Below, piece by piece: positions 1 through 7,901 of a DNA stretch of 16,583 nucleotides. The notes beneath the pieces were generated by a model. That model made no database searches. It saw only the letters and a program-made list of their open reading frames with translations, and was not told where the DNA came from. The first letter of the stretch is position 1. Every line of letters begins with the position of its first letter. Source of the stretch: Gemmatimonadota bacterium (GTDB lineage Bacteria > Latescibacterota > UBA2968 > UBA8231). The DNA lies in NCBI GenBank assembly GCA_038153405.1, contig JAYOYH010000070.1, positions 2,632 through 19,214 of the forward strand, in the 5' to 3' direction. The translations under genes and the position numbers were made by a program.

Positions 1-244
1 CGCGCACGTCCTGAATGTCCTGCTTCAGCTCGCCGCGCACGTCGTGCAGCTCGCTGCGCACGTCCTGAATATCTTTCTTCAGCTCGCCGCGCATGTCGTG
101 CAGCTCGCTGCGCACGTCCTGAATATCTTTCTTCAGCTCGCTGCGCAGCTCGCGTATGTCCTGGTGCAAATCCTGGATATTCTCGCGTAGCAGAGTCACA
201 ACGAGCGGAAATTCTTCTGGAGTCGAAGGGCGCGATTCACTCAT
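1..244 (-). CDS. Coiled-coil repeat protein (DUF1640/CCDC90-like), 3' end outside the window
   Basis: Translated by hand from ATG at 244: MSESRPSTPEEFPLVVTLLRENIQDLHQDIRELRSELKKDIQDVRSELHDMRGELKKDIQDVRSELHDVRGELKQDIQDVR..., open to the window edge. SD-like GAGGA lies ~8 nt upstream. Hydrophobic periodicity is typical of a coiled coil. The family label is an inference from the repeat style. Confidence 0.8.
   Translation of the reverse strand, partial: MSESRPSTPEEFPLVVTLLRENIQDLHQDIRELRSELKKDIQDVRSELHDMRGELKKDIQDVRSELHDVRGELKQDIQDVR
3..146. repeat. 54-bp in-frame tandem repeat (about 2.7 copies visible; 18-aa unit ELKKDIQDVRS-ELHDxRG)
   Basis: Units beginning cgcacgtcctgaat start at 3, 57 and 111 (period 54) and are nearly identical. 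Confidence 0.95.
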
Positions 245-301
245 AATGGGTATCCTCGCATGGGAATATAAGGGAAGTCTGCGGTGCTACAAAATCCCCA
301 T

Positions 302-317
302 AGCAAGGACAGTGCCA
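302..317 (-). promoter_or_regulatory. Sigma54 (-24/-12) promoter upstream of the coiled-coil gene
   Basis: Minus strand reads TGGCAC-TGTCC-TTGCT. GG (316-315) and GC (304-303) are exactly 10 nt apart. The site is intergenic, correctly oriented and ~58 nt upstream of the ATG at 244. Confidence 0.75.
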
Positions 318-418
318 GTGCGAGCACAGGCCCCATGAGTGCGATTAGCTAGCATGGACTATGTTAAAAATGAGACGGCGCTGACGCGTGCGCGATACAA
401 CAACCTACGTGCACCACA

Positions 419-1771
419 CTACCCCAGTCCCCATTCCTTCATCTTGCGCCACAGCGTCGTGCGGTGCATACCGAGCCTGTCTGCCGCATCTGAGCGATTC
501 CAGTGGCACTGCTCGAGCACTTCGACTACCCGCTCGCGCTCGGGTCGCAGCGGCGTGGCGGAAGGCACTGAGACCACCATCCGCTCGCGATGCAAATGCG
601 CTGGAAGACACTCGGGCATTAGCAACTGACCACGGCACTTGATAAAGGCATGCTCGATGGCATTTTCCAGTTCGCGCACATTGCCGGGCCACTCATGATC
701 GAGCAGCACGGCTAGCGCGGCCTGGTCAATGGCCTCAATTTGCCGCCCCGTGCGCGCGTTGTATATATCTATGAAATGCTGTACCAGCAGCGGAATGTCT
801 TCCTTGCGCTGGCGCAGTGGCGGTAGCTCGATCGGCATGACGTGCAGCCGATAAAATAGATCTTCGCGAAAGCGGCCCTCGGCAATGAGCGCGCGCAGGT
901 CGCGATTGGTCGCGGCAATTACCCGCACGTCAATGGCAATGGTATCGCTGCTACCGACGCGCTCGATTTCGCGCTCCTGCAGCACGCGCAGCAGTTTGAG
1001 CTGCACGCCCAAACTGATATCGCCGATTTCGTCGAGAAATATCGTGCCGCCATGCGCTCGTTCAAAGCGCCCAATCTTATCGCGCACCGCACCCGTGAAG
1101 GCACCGCGCACGTGGCCAAACAATTCGCTCTCCAGCAAATTTTCAGAAAGAGCGGAGCAGTTGACCTTTACAAACGCACTCTCCTTCCGATGGCTACTCT
1201 CGTGCACGGCAGCAGCGACCAGCTCTTTGCCCGTGCCGCTCTCGCCCAAGATCAGCACGGTCGCGTCGCTGTCAGACAGGTCGTCTACCAGCTGATACAC
1301 CTCGCGCATGCGGTGGTCTTTGCCGACCATCTCGTGGAAATGCCCACGCGCCTCTAGCTGCTGGCGCAGCGTTTCCAATTCAGTATTATCTCGCAGGATC
1401 GCCACCACGCCCCGCTCTTGTTCATACTCGTCGCGCAAAAGGCGCGTCGACACGGTTAGATGGCGCCGACGGCCCTGCCGATCTACGACGACGACCTCCA
1501 AACCGTTAGTATCGCGGCGCTGAGCAAATAGCGCAGACAGCCCTTCTTCGCCGCCGTGTCCTAGCACTTCGGCGCACGACTCGCCAACGGCTTCCTGACG
1601 AGTATAGCCGATAATGTGCCGAGCCGCTTCGTTCAGGTTGCTCACGCGCAGATCGAGGTCAACGGCAATAATGCCGTCGGCTACCGAATTGAAAATGGCC
1701 TCTAGGTTTTGCCGCTGCATCATGCACGACTGCAGCTGGTCAACACTGCCTCTAATACGCTCTACGCTCAT
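419..1771 (-). CDS. Sigma54-dependent transcriptional activator (PAS + AAA+ + Fis-type HTH)
   Basis: N-terminal PAS ([13 protein letters not shown]...[10 protein letters not shown]), Walker [16 protein letters not shown], intact GAFTGA loop, Walker [27 protein letters not shown]-terminal HTH ([16 protein letters not shown]). No receiver domain. ATGA overlap with the RND stop. Confidence 0.96.
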   Translation of the reverse strand: MSVERIRGSVDQLQSCMMQRQNLEAIFNSVADGIIAVDLDLRVSNLNEAARHIIGYTRQEAVGESCAEVLGHGGEEGLSALFAQRRDTNGLEVVVVDRQGRRRHLTVSTRLLRDEYEQERGVVAILRDNTELETLRQQLEARGHFHEMVGKDHRMREVYQLVDDLSDSDATVLILGESGTGKELVAAAVHESSHRKESAFVKVNCSALSENLLESELFGHVRGAFTGAVRDKIGRFERAHGGTIFLDEIGDISLGVQLKLLRVLQEREIERVGSSDTIAIDVRVIAATNRDLRALIAEGRFREDLFYRLHVMPIELPPLRQRKEDIPLLVQHFIDIYNARTGRQIEAIDQAALAVLLDHEWPGNVRELENAIEHAFIKCRGQLLMPECLPAHLHRERMVVSVPSATPLRPERERVVEVLEQCHWNRSDAADRLGMHRTTLWRKMKEWGLG

Positions 1772-4700
1772 TGCGCTCTCCGCTGTTGCCGTTTCTCCAC
1801 CATAAAGTAAAGCACGGGCACGGCCATGCGCGACAGCAGCAGAGAGGCGACCTCTCCAGCCATCAGCGAAATGGCCAGGCCCTGAAAGATCGGGTCAAAG
1901 AGAATGACCGAAGCACCAACGATCACCGCCGCAGCCGTTAACAGCATCGGGCGAAAGCGCACCGCACCGGCATCGACCACGGCCTCTTCGAGCGGCATGC
2001 CCTCGCTCAGGCGCAGCTCGATAAAGTCGACGAGAATAATCGAATTGCGCACCACGATACCAGCGCCGGCGATAAATCCGATCATCGACGTGGCGGTAAA
2101 AAAGGCATCGAGCCCACCGTGCGCCGGCATAATGCCCACCAGCGAAAAGGGAATGGCCGACATGATGACTAGCGGCACAATAAAGGATTGGAACCACGCC
2201 ACCACGAGAATGTAAATGAGAATCAACACCGCTCCAAAGGCGATGCCCAAGTCGCGGAACACCTCGTAGGTAATGTGCCACTCGCCGTCCCACTTCATCG
2301 CCAACTTGTCCGTATAAAAAGGCTGCTGGCCGGTGAACTGTTCCAGCGCATATCCCTCAGGCAACTCCAGCGCGTCGACCTTTTCCCCCAATTCCATTAT
2401 GGCGTATACCGGACTTTCAAACTCACCGCCCACATCGGCCGTTACATAGACGACGGGCATCAGATTTTTGTGAAAAATGCTGCGCTCATTCTCTTCCTTT
2501 TCCATGCGCACTAGCTGGCCGAGCGACACCATATCGCCGCTCGACGTCGGCATTTTTATATCCATCAGTTCGTCTACGTGCGAACGGTCGACCAGCGGCA
2601 GGCGCAGCTGTATGTCGAGATCCTCTACCTCCGTTGGCTGATGGACTAATCCCACCTCATAACCTGCTACTGCCATAGCCAACGTTTGGGCGATAGACTG
2701 CGAAGAAATGCCGCTGAGCGCGGCCTTCTCGCGATCGACGACAAAGCGGTACTTGTCCTGTTTTTCTTCTGCATACCAGTCTACGTCGACCACGCCCTCG
2801 GTCTCTTCAAAGATCGCCCGCACCTGCTGGGCGAGGGCCAACTGGCGCTCGTAGTCGGGTCCGTAGATTTCGGCAACTAGCGTCTGGAGCACGGGCGGTC
2901 CCGGTGGCACTTCAGCCACCTCGATACGGGCCCCATAGCGCTCGGCGATCGCCGTCAGATGCGGGCGAACGCGCTTGGCTACGTCGTGGCTCTGCTCGCT
3001 GCGCTCGTGCTTGGGCAGCAAATTGACCTGTATATCGGCGACGTTGGCTCCGCGGCGCATAAAATAGTGGCGCACTAGCCCGTTGAAGTTAAATGGACCA
3101 GACGTGCCCGCGTAGACTTGGTAGTCCACTACTTCTGGCACACTCCCTAAATAGATCCCCATCTCCTGAGCCATGGCCGCCGTCTCTTCGAGCGTCGTGC
3201 CCTCCGGGGCGTTGACCATCACCTGAAACTCACTCTTGTTGTCAAAGGGCAGCATCTTGACCACCACGAACTTCACGCCAACCAACGCCATGGCACCCAG
3301 CAGCAGTACGACCATGCCGACGAGAAAAATCGCGCGCGTCTTCGCCCCGCGCAGCAGCGGCTGCATGGCGCGACGATAGAGCTTGGTCAACATCCCTTCG
3401 TCCTCGTCGCCGTGCGCGCCTTCGCGCTTGAGCAGGCGCAGCGCAGCCCACGGCGTTACGACAAAAGCAACCACCAGAGAAAAGAGCATAGCAGCCGATG
3501 CACCCACGGGAATGGGGCGCATGTAGGGCCCCATCAAGCCGCCGACAAATGCCATTGGCAGGATGGCTGCAATCACCGTCATTGTCGCCAAGATCGTCGG
3601 GTTGCCCACTTCGTCTACCGCCTCGACTGCGATATCGGTCAGCGATCGTTCTCTGTTGCCGGGCATGCGAAAATGGCGCACGATATTCTCAACCACGACG
3701 ATCGCATCGTCGACCAAAATGCCAATGGAAAAAATCAGGGCAAAGAGGGTGATGCGGTTGAGAGTATACCCATACAGGTAAAACGTGAAGAGGGTCAGAC
3801 CCAGCGTCACGGGGATGGCAATGCCTACCACGCCGGATTCGCGAAATCCCAGTGTTAGCCAGATCAGCAAGATGACCGATGCCGTGGCCAGGCCCATGTG
3901 AAAGAGCAGTTCGTCCGATTTTTCGCGCGCTGTTTCACCGTAGTTGCGCGTCGTCACTACCTGCACATCGCCGGGAACGACGACTCCTTTGAGCAACTCA
4001 ACCTTTCTCAGCACCTGCTGAGCCAACACGGTGGCGTTGGTCCCCTTGCGCTTGGCTACCGACAGCGTCACTGCCGGCTGCGTCTCGCCGCGTCCGCTGC
4101 CAAATCGCACATAGCTGTTGGGCTCTTCCGGCCCATCGAGTATTTGCGCAACGTCCCTCAGGTAGACCGGCCGCCCCTCGTATGCGCTAACGACAATCTG
4201 ACCGATTTCATCGGCACCCTGTAAAAAGCGCCCCGTCTCGATAATCACTTCTCTGTTCAGCTCGCTGATGCGGCCAGCCGGAAGTTGATAGTTGGCTCCC
4301 TCCAGGGCGTCAGCAACGGCAGCCGGCGAAATGCCGTAGGCGGCCAGCCGATCGACGGAGAGTTCAATGCGCAGCTGGCGGCGCAAACCGCCGATCAGCT
4401 GGGTCTGCGAAACGTCGATGATCTGCTTGACCTCTCTCTCTACCTCGGCGGCTATGCGACGCAGGGCAAAACTATCATAGGTATCGCTCGTAAAAGTGAG
4501 CGCTAAAATGGGCACGTCATCTATGGAGCGCGGTTTGACCAACGGCCTCGATACGCCCGTTGGAATCAGATCAAAGTTGGCGTAGAGCTGGTTGTATGTC
4601 TTGAGAATGCTGTCCTCTTCGTCTTCGCCGACAAAGAAGCGCACGATGACCATGCTCTGACCGTTGCTCGACGTGGAGTACACGTACTCCACGCCGGGTA

Positions 4701-4938
4701 TTTCCCACAGCAGCTTTTCCATCGGGTAGGTGACGCGCTGCTCGACCTCTTTTGCACTGAGGCCCGGTGCCTCCACAAAGACGTCGACCATAGGCACGAT
4801 AATCTGCGGCTCCTCTTCGCGCGGCGTTTGCAGCAGGGCGAATCCGCCCAACAACAGCGAGGCAACGATTAGCAGCGGCGTCAGCTTGGAGTTGATAAAG
4901 AAACCGGCTAAGCGACCGGCAACGCCTGTACTAGCCAT
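1768..4938 (-). CDS. RND efflux permease (AcrB/AcrD/AcrF family)
   Basis: 1056 aa with RND topology. TM4 [16 protein letters not shown]10 [22 protein letters not shown]-terminal [17 protein letters not shown] upstream. Confidence 0.96.
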   Translation of the reverse strand: MASTGVAGRLAGFFINSKLTPLLIVASLLLGGFALLQTPREEEPQIIVPMVDVFVEAPGLSAKEVEQRVTYPMEKLLWEIPGVEYVYSTSSNGQSMVIVRFFVGEDEEDSILKTYNQLYANFDLIPTGVSRPLVKPRSIDDVPILALTFTSDTYDSFALRRIAAEVEREVKQIIDVSQTQLIGGLRRQLRIELSVDRLAAYGISPAAVADALEGANYQLPAGRISELNREVIIETGRFLQGADEIGQIVVSAYEGRPVYLRDVAQILDGPEEPNSYVRFGSGRGETQPAVTLSVAKRKGTNATVLAQQVLRKVELLKGVVVPGDVQVVTTRNYGETAREKSDELLFHMGLATASVILLIWLTLGFRESGVVGIAIPVTLGLTLFTFYLYGYTLNRITLFALIFSIGILVDDAIVVVENIVRHFRMPGNRERSLTDIAVEAVDEVGNPTILATMTVIAAILPMAFVGGLMGPYMRPIPVGASAAMLFSLVVAFVVTPWAALRLLKREGAHGDEDEGMLTKLYRRAMQPLLRGAKTRAIFLVGMVVLLLGAMALVGVKFVVVKMLPFDNKSEFQVMVNAPEGTTLEETAAMAQEMGIYLGSVPEVVDYQVYAGTSGPFNFNGLVRHYFMRRGANVADIQVNLLPKHERSEQSHDVAKRVRPHLTAIAERYGARIEVAEVPPGPPVLQTLVAEIYGPDYERQLALAQQVRAIFEETEGVVDVDWYAEEKQDKYRFVVDREKAALSGISSQSIAQTLAMAVAGYEVGLVHQPTEVEDLDIQLRLPLVDRSHVDELMDIKMPTSSGDMVSLGQLVRMEKEENERSIFHKNLMPVVYVTADVGGEFESPVYAIMELGEKVDALELPEGYALEQFTGQQPFYTDKLAMKWDGEWHITYEVFRDLGIAFGAVLILIYILVVAWFQSFIVPLVIMSAIPFSLVGIMPAHGGLDAFFTATSMIGFIAGAGIVVRNSIILVDFIELRLSEGMPLEEAVVDAGAVRFRPMLLTAAAVIVGASVILFDPIFQGLAISLMAGEVASLLLSRMAVPVLYFMVEKRQQRRAQ

Positions 4939-6004
4939 TGGAGCGCACCTCCACCAAACGACCCGCGCGCAGGTCGGCGGACGGCCCTAAGACCACCTGG
5001 TCTCCCTCGTTGAGTCCGGAAAGGACTTCGAAATCGTCGCCTAGGCGATCGCCTAGGCGCAGCCAGCGCAGTTGGGCACGCCCCTCGGCAACGACGTAGA
5101 CGCCCTCCAACTGTCCCTTGCGCACGAGAGCGGCTGCTGGAACCAGCAGCGCGCTGCGCGGCGCTTTCGGCAGCAGCGCGCGTGCGAACATGCCCGATCC
5201 AATGCGCCCGTCGACGTTGCCAATGGCAATTTTTGCGCGGAACGTGCGGCTGCGCGGATCGGCCGCCTGCACCTGCGCCAGCACGCGGCCATCGACCCGC
5301 CTGTCGAGCGCAGCAATCTCCACCTGGACCCGCTCACCGGCAGCGACGCGCCGATGCTCGGGCAGCAGCACTTCCACCTTGAGCGAGTCGAGTTGCTCAA
5401 GGATAAAAAGCGGCGCTCCGGGTGCAGCCATATCGCCCACCTGTGCAAATTTACGCACGATATATCCATCAAACGGCGCGGCAATGGCGCTGTAGTCGAG
5501 CTGCACAGAAGCTTGGACAAGTGCCTGACGTGCTGCCTTCTCAGCCGACTCGGCGCGAGCAAAGGCCGTTTCGGCATCGTCGAGCATCTGCTGCGAGGCC
5601 GCCTGTTGCTCAAATAAGTTTCGCAGACGTACCGCCGTTTTTTCAGCCAGCCGGCGCGCGCTGCGCGCTGCGCCCAATTCGGCTTGGGCCCGTGCATGAG
5701 CCGCCTGTAGCGCCGCGTCTTCCAAGCGCACGAGCACCTGTCCGGCCGACACGCGCTGCCCCTCGTCGAAATCGGCTGCGACTACCCGTCCCATTAGCTG
5801 GGCAGCGGCCGTGGCGCGCGCAAAGGGCTCGGTTGTGCCGACGACGGACGCTGTCGAAGCAATCTGACTGCGCTGCACCGACTGCACGCGCACGCTCAAG
5901 GCCGCCTCTTCACGCAGTCCCGGATATTCGGAATGCCCTTCGCAGGCCGTTAGAAACAAATAGCTGGAGACGACCGCAGTCATCACATAGTGCATCGGCT
6001 TCAC
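4931..6004 (-). CDS. RND periplasmic adaptor (membrane-fusion lipoprotein)
   Basis: Lipobox LTAC at residue 21; lipoyl halves ([14 protein letters not shown] / IAAPFDGYI) around an alpha-hairpin; [23 protein letters not shown] start in a GTGA overlap with an upstream GGGAGA SD. Confidence 0.93.
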   Translation of the reverse strand: MKPMHYVMTAVVSSYLFLTACEGHSEYPGLREEAALSVRVQSVQRSQIASTASVVGTTEPFARATAAAQLMGRVVAADFDEGQRVSAGQVLVRLEDAALQAAHARAQAELGAARSARRLAEKTAVRLRNLFEQQAASQQMLDDAETAFARAESAEKAARQALVQASVQLDYSAIAAPFDGYIVRKFAQVGDMAAPGAPLFILEQLDSLKVEVLLPEHRRVAAGERVQVEIAALDRRVDGRVLAQVQAADPRSRTFRAKIAIGNVDGRIGSGMFARALLPKAPRSALLVPAAALVRKGQLEGVYVVAEGRAQLRWLRLGDRLGDDFEVLSGLNEGDQVVLGPSADLRAGRLVEVRSNG

Positions 6005-7347
6005 TGTTGATCTCCCATTTGATATTCAAGTATGCTCCCCGCGGCTAGCTCCAAGGCAGCCAGACCGACGCGCACATCGCGCTGGGCCTGCAAATAGCCC
6101 AAGCGCGCCGCCGTCAGGGCCGTGCGCGCATCGAGTAGCTCCGTGGCGGTAACCATGGCCTCACCGTACTGCAGCTGAGCGATGCGACGGCGCTCCGCTG
6201 CCAGTTCTACGCCCTGCTGACGCGCGGCAACGCGCTCAAGGGCGGCCGCCAGCGCGCGATGGGCCGTGCGCACCTGGCGTTCAACCTGTGCCCGCAAGAA
6301 ATCCAGCTGGGCATGCGCCTGTCCGCGCTGGGCCACCGCGTGGCGCACCTGACCAACGGTGGCAGCTGCCGGCAGCTGCCAGACCATTATCGCGCCCACT
6401 GTCCAGCTATCGCCCTGGCGCTCTAACGGCGCATCGGCATCGAGAGCTGCCCTAGCAAAGGCGCTCAGCTGTGGCCAGTGAGCTGCTTTAGCCGCGCCCA
6501 CGCTGCTTCGCGCCGCTTCAAGACCGAGCTTGGCCACCTGCAGGTCGTCCCGCATCTCAAGCGCTCCTGCGACCAACTCTCCGAGCGGCGGCAGGTTGAC
6601 GCGGCCAGACAGCGTCTGCGTGAGCTCAAGCGGTGCGGTCGCCGCCATGCCCATCAATAGACTGAGTCCCTCGCTAGCGGCGGCGACCCCGTCAGCCGCC
6701 GACCGCATCTCTAGATCGGCTTCCAGCGCGTGCAGTTGAGCGGCCAACCGCTCCGTGCCCAGCGCCATACCCTGCTGGTAGCGCGCATCGACTACATCGG
6801 CATCGGCGTGCGCCAGTTGGGCACTTTCTTGCGCCGTCTCAAGCGCCGCCTGTGCCAGCACGAGATTCCAATAGGCCGCAGCCGTCTGCTGGCGCACCTC
6901 GGCGCGCTGCCGGGCTAGCTGCGCCTCGGCCAACTGAGCGCCCGCTTGTGCCCGACGCCGGTTATACAGCGCACGTCCACCGCTAAAAAGCGGCTGAGAG
7001 ACCTCTACCTGTGTTTGAAAATTGGTGATCGCGTCCGGCGCGTTGAGACGATCAATGGCAAAATCGGCCTGGCGAAAGCGCTCCTGCTTGAGCCGAAAGC
7101 CAAACGCATTGACCGCGTCGTTGCTGCGCACCGCCTGCTCGCTGATCTGCACGCTGGGCAAAAAACCGGACCAACTCTCCAGTGCGCGCGCGCGCGCCGC
7201 CTCTACTTGACTCGAGGCTGCCTTCAGCAGCGCGTTGTCCCGCTGGGCGCGCTCCACGGCATCCTCCAGCGAAAGGGCCGATGCCCCCTCGACCCACACC
7301 AGCGCAGCAACCGGCAGCGCCCATCTGATAAACAACCCATAGCTCAC
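6001..7347 (-). CDS. TolC-family outer membrane efflux protein
   Basis: Signal peptide (…EGASA/LSLEDAV), FLPSVQIS, VSQPLFSGG, AAYWNLV, WPQLS and ELLDA motifs across two OEP repeats; sits directly upstream of the MFP and RND genes. Confidence 0.92.
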   Translation of the reverse strand: MSYGLFIRWALPVAALVWVEGASALSLEDAVERAQRDNALLKAASSQVEAARARALESWSGFLPSVQISEQAVRSNDAVNAFGFRLKQERFRQADFAIDRLNAPDAITNFQTQVEVSQPLFSGGRALYNRRRAQAGAQLAEAQLARQRAEVRQQTAAAYWNLVLAQAALETAQESAQLAHADADVVDARYQQGMALGTERLAAQLHALEADLEMRSAADGVAAASEGLSLLMGMAATAPLELTQTLSGRVNLPPLGELVAGALEMRDDLQVAKLGLEAARSSVGAAKAAHWPQLSAFARAALDADAPLERQGDSWTVGAIMVWQLPAAATVGQVRHAVAQRGQAHAQLDFLRAQVERQVRTAHRALAAALERVAARQQGVELAAERRRIAQLQYGEAMVTATELLDARTALTAARLGYLQAQRDVRVGLAALELAAGSILEYQMGDQQ

Positions 7348-7682
7348 GAAACACTCTCCTCTATGAACGAATCCAATGCCGTTTCCAACTCGCGTTGCGA
7401 CAGCACGCCTACGCGCCGATAGACCGGCTCGCCACCGCGCATAAACAGCAGCGTCGGCAGAGCGTGCACATCGTACTTGGTTGCTAGCAGCGGCGCCTCA
7501 TCGACGTTGACACCGCACACTTTGACGCGCCCGGCATACTTTTGCGCCACGGCCTCTAAGACGGGTTTGAGCTGCTGGCAGGGCGCACACCACGCCGCCC
7601 ACAGATCGACCAGCACCCACTCCGCGCCGATCAGTTCTCCCTTGTAATTGTTGTCGTTTACTACGCACACCGAAGCCGACAT
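7344..7682 (-). CDS. trxA: Thioredoxin
   Basis: VLVDLWAAWCAPC active site, NVDE, cis-Pro motif ALPTLLF; 112 aa from ATG 7682. I prefer this start over GTG 7706 given thioredoxin size and the predicted sigma54 transcription start near 7717. The symbol denotes family, not proven orthology. Confidence 0.9.
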   Translation of the reverse strand: MSASVCVVNDNNYKGELIGAEWVLVDLWAAWCAPCQQLKPVLEAVAQKYAGRVKVCGVNVDEAPLLATKYDVHALPTLLFMRGGEPVYRRVGVLSQRELETALDSFIEESVS

Positions 7683-7727
7683 AGCGCTTATCCAGACGTT
7701 GCACACTGCGTTTAGGCCGAACTACTA

Positions 7728-7743
7728 CGCAAGCATCGTGCCG
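7728..7743 (-). promoter_or_regulatory. Sigma54 (-24/-12) promoter of the trx-tolC-MFP-RND-activator operon
   Basis: Minus strand reads cGGCACG-atgc-TTGCg. GG (7742-7741) and GC (7730-7729) are exactly 10 nt apart, ~46 nt upstream of the thioredoxin ATG. Confidence 0.8.
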
Positions 7744-7767
7744 GGGCGAGAGAGAATGGCGTATTCG

Positions 7768-7820
7768 CTTATAAAACCAATATAAACAAATATTTATTTT
7801 GTTTGGGATATGTATTTTAG
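7768..7820. promoter_or_regulatory. AT-rich tract with IHF-like site between the sigma54 promoter and the candidate enhancer
   Basis: Strongly AT-rich patch in a GC-rich window. AAACAAATATTTA (7784-7796) matches WATCAANNNNTTR with one mismatch. Confidence 0.5.
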
Positions 7821-7862
7821 TGCTGCAATTGATTTGCTATGCAGCTTTTTGATGCGAATTTT

Positions 7863-7879
7863 CGTTGCATATTGCAACG
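7863..7879. promoter_or_regulatory. Candidate upstream activating sequence (enhancer) for a sigma54 activator
   Basis: Perfect inverted repeat CGTTGCA-tat-TGCAACG about 150 nt upstream of the predicted start site. Extra GCAAC half-sites occur at 7885-7894, and a GCTGCA-N12-TGCAGC pair at 7822-7845. Confidence 0.65.
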
Positions 7880-7901
7880 TTATGGCAACGCAACTGTTTC
7901 A

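Noticed and set aside
3..146. Tandem repeat as a possible CRISPR array
   Set aside because: Units are contiguous with no unique spacers, the period is a multiple of 3, and they encode an in-frame coiled coil. No cas genes are present.
156..692. Short ORFs 156-338, 339-629, 388-642, 405-692
   Set aside because: They overlap or are antisense to better-supported genes and the promoter region, and show no recognisable motifs.
5038..5059. Perfect 22-bp palindrome CGCCTAGGCGATCGCCTAGGCG (two nested 10-bp palindromes) in the MFP gene
   Set aside because: Single occurrence inside coding sequence, explained by RLGD-RLGD with the same codons; no regulatory context.
5053..6048. Long alternative-frame ORFs (214, 181, 208 aa) over the MFP gene and similar shadows elsewhere
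   Set aside because: Arg/Ala/Pro-rich shadow ORFs expected in high-GC coding DNA.
7184..7197. (GC)n dinucleotide run in the TolC gene
   Set aside because: Encodes ARARA in frame; short and unsurprising at this GC content.
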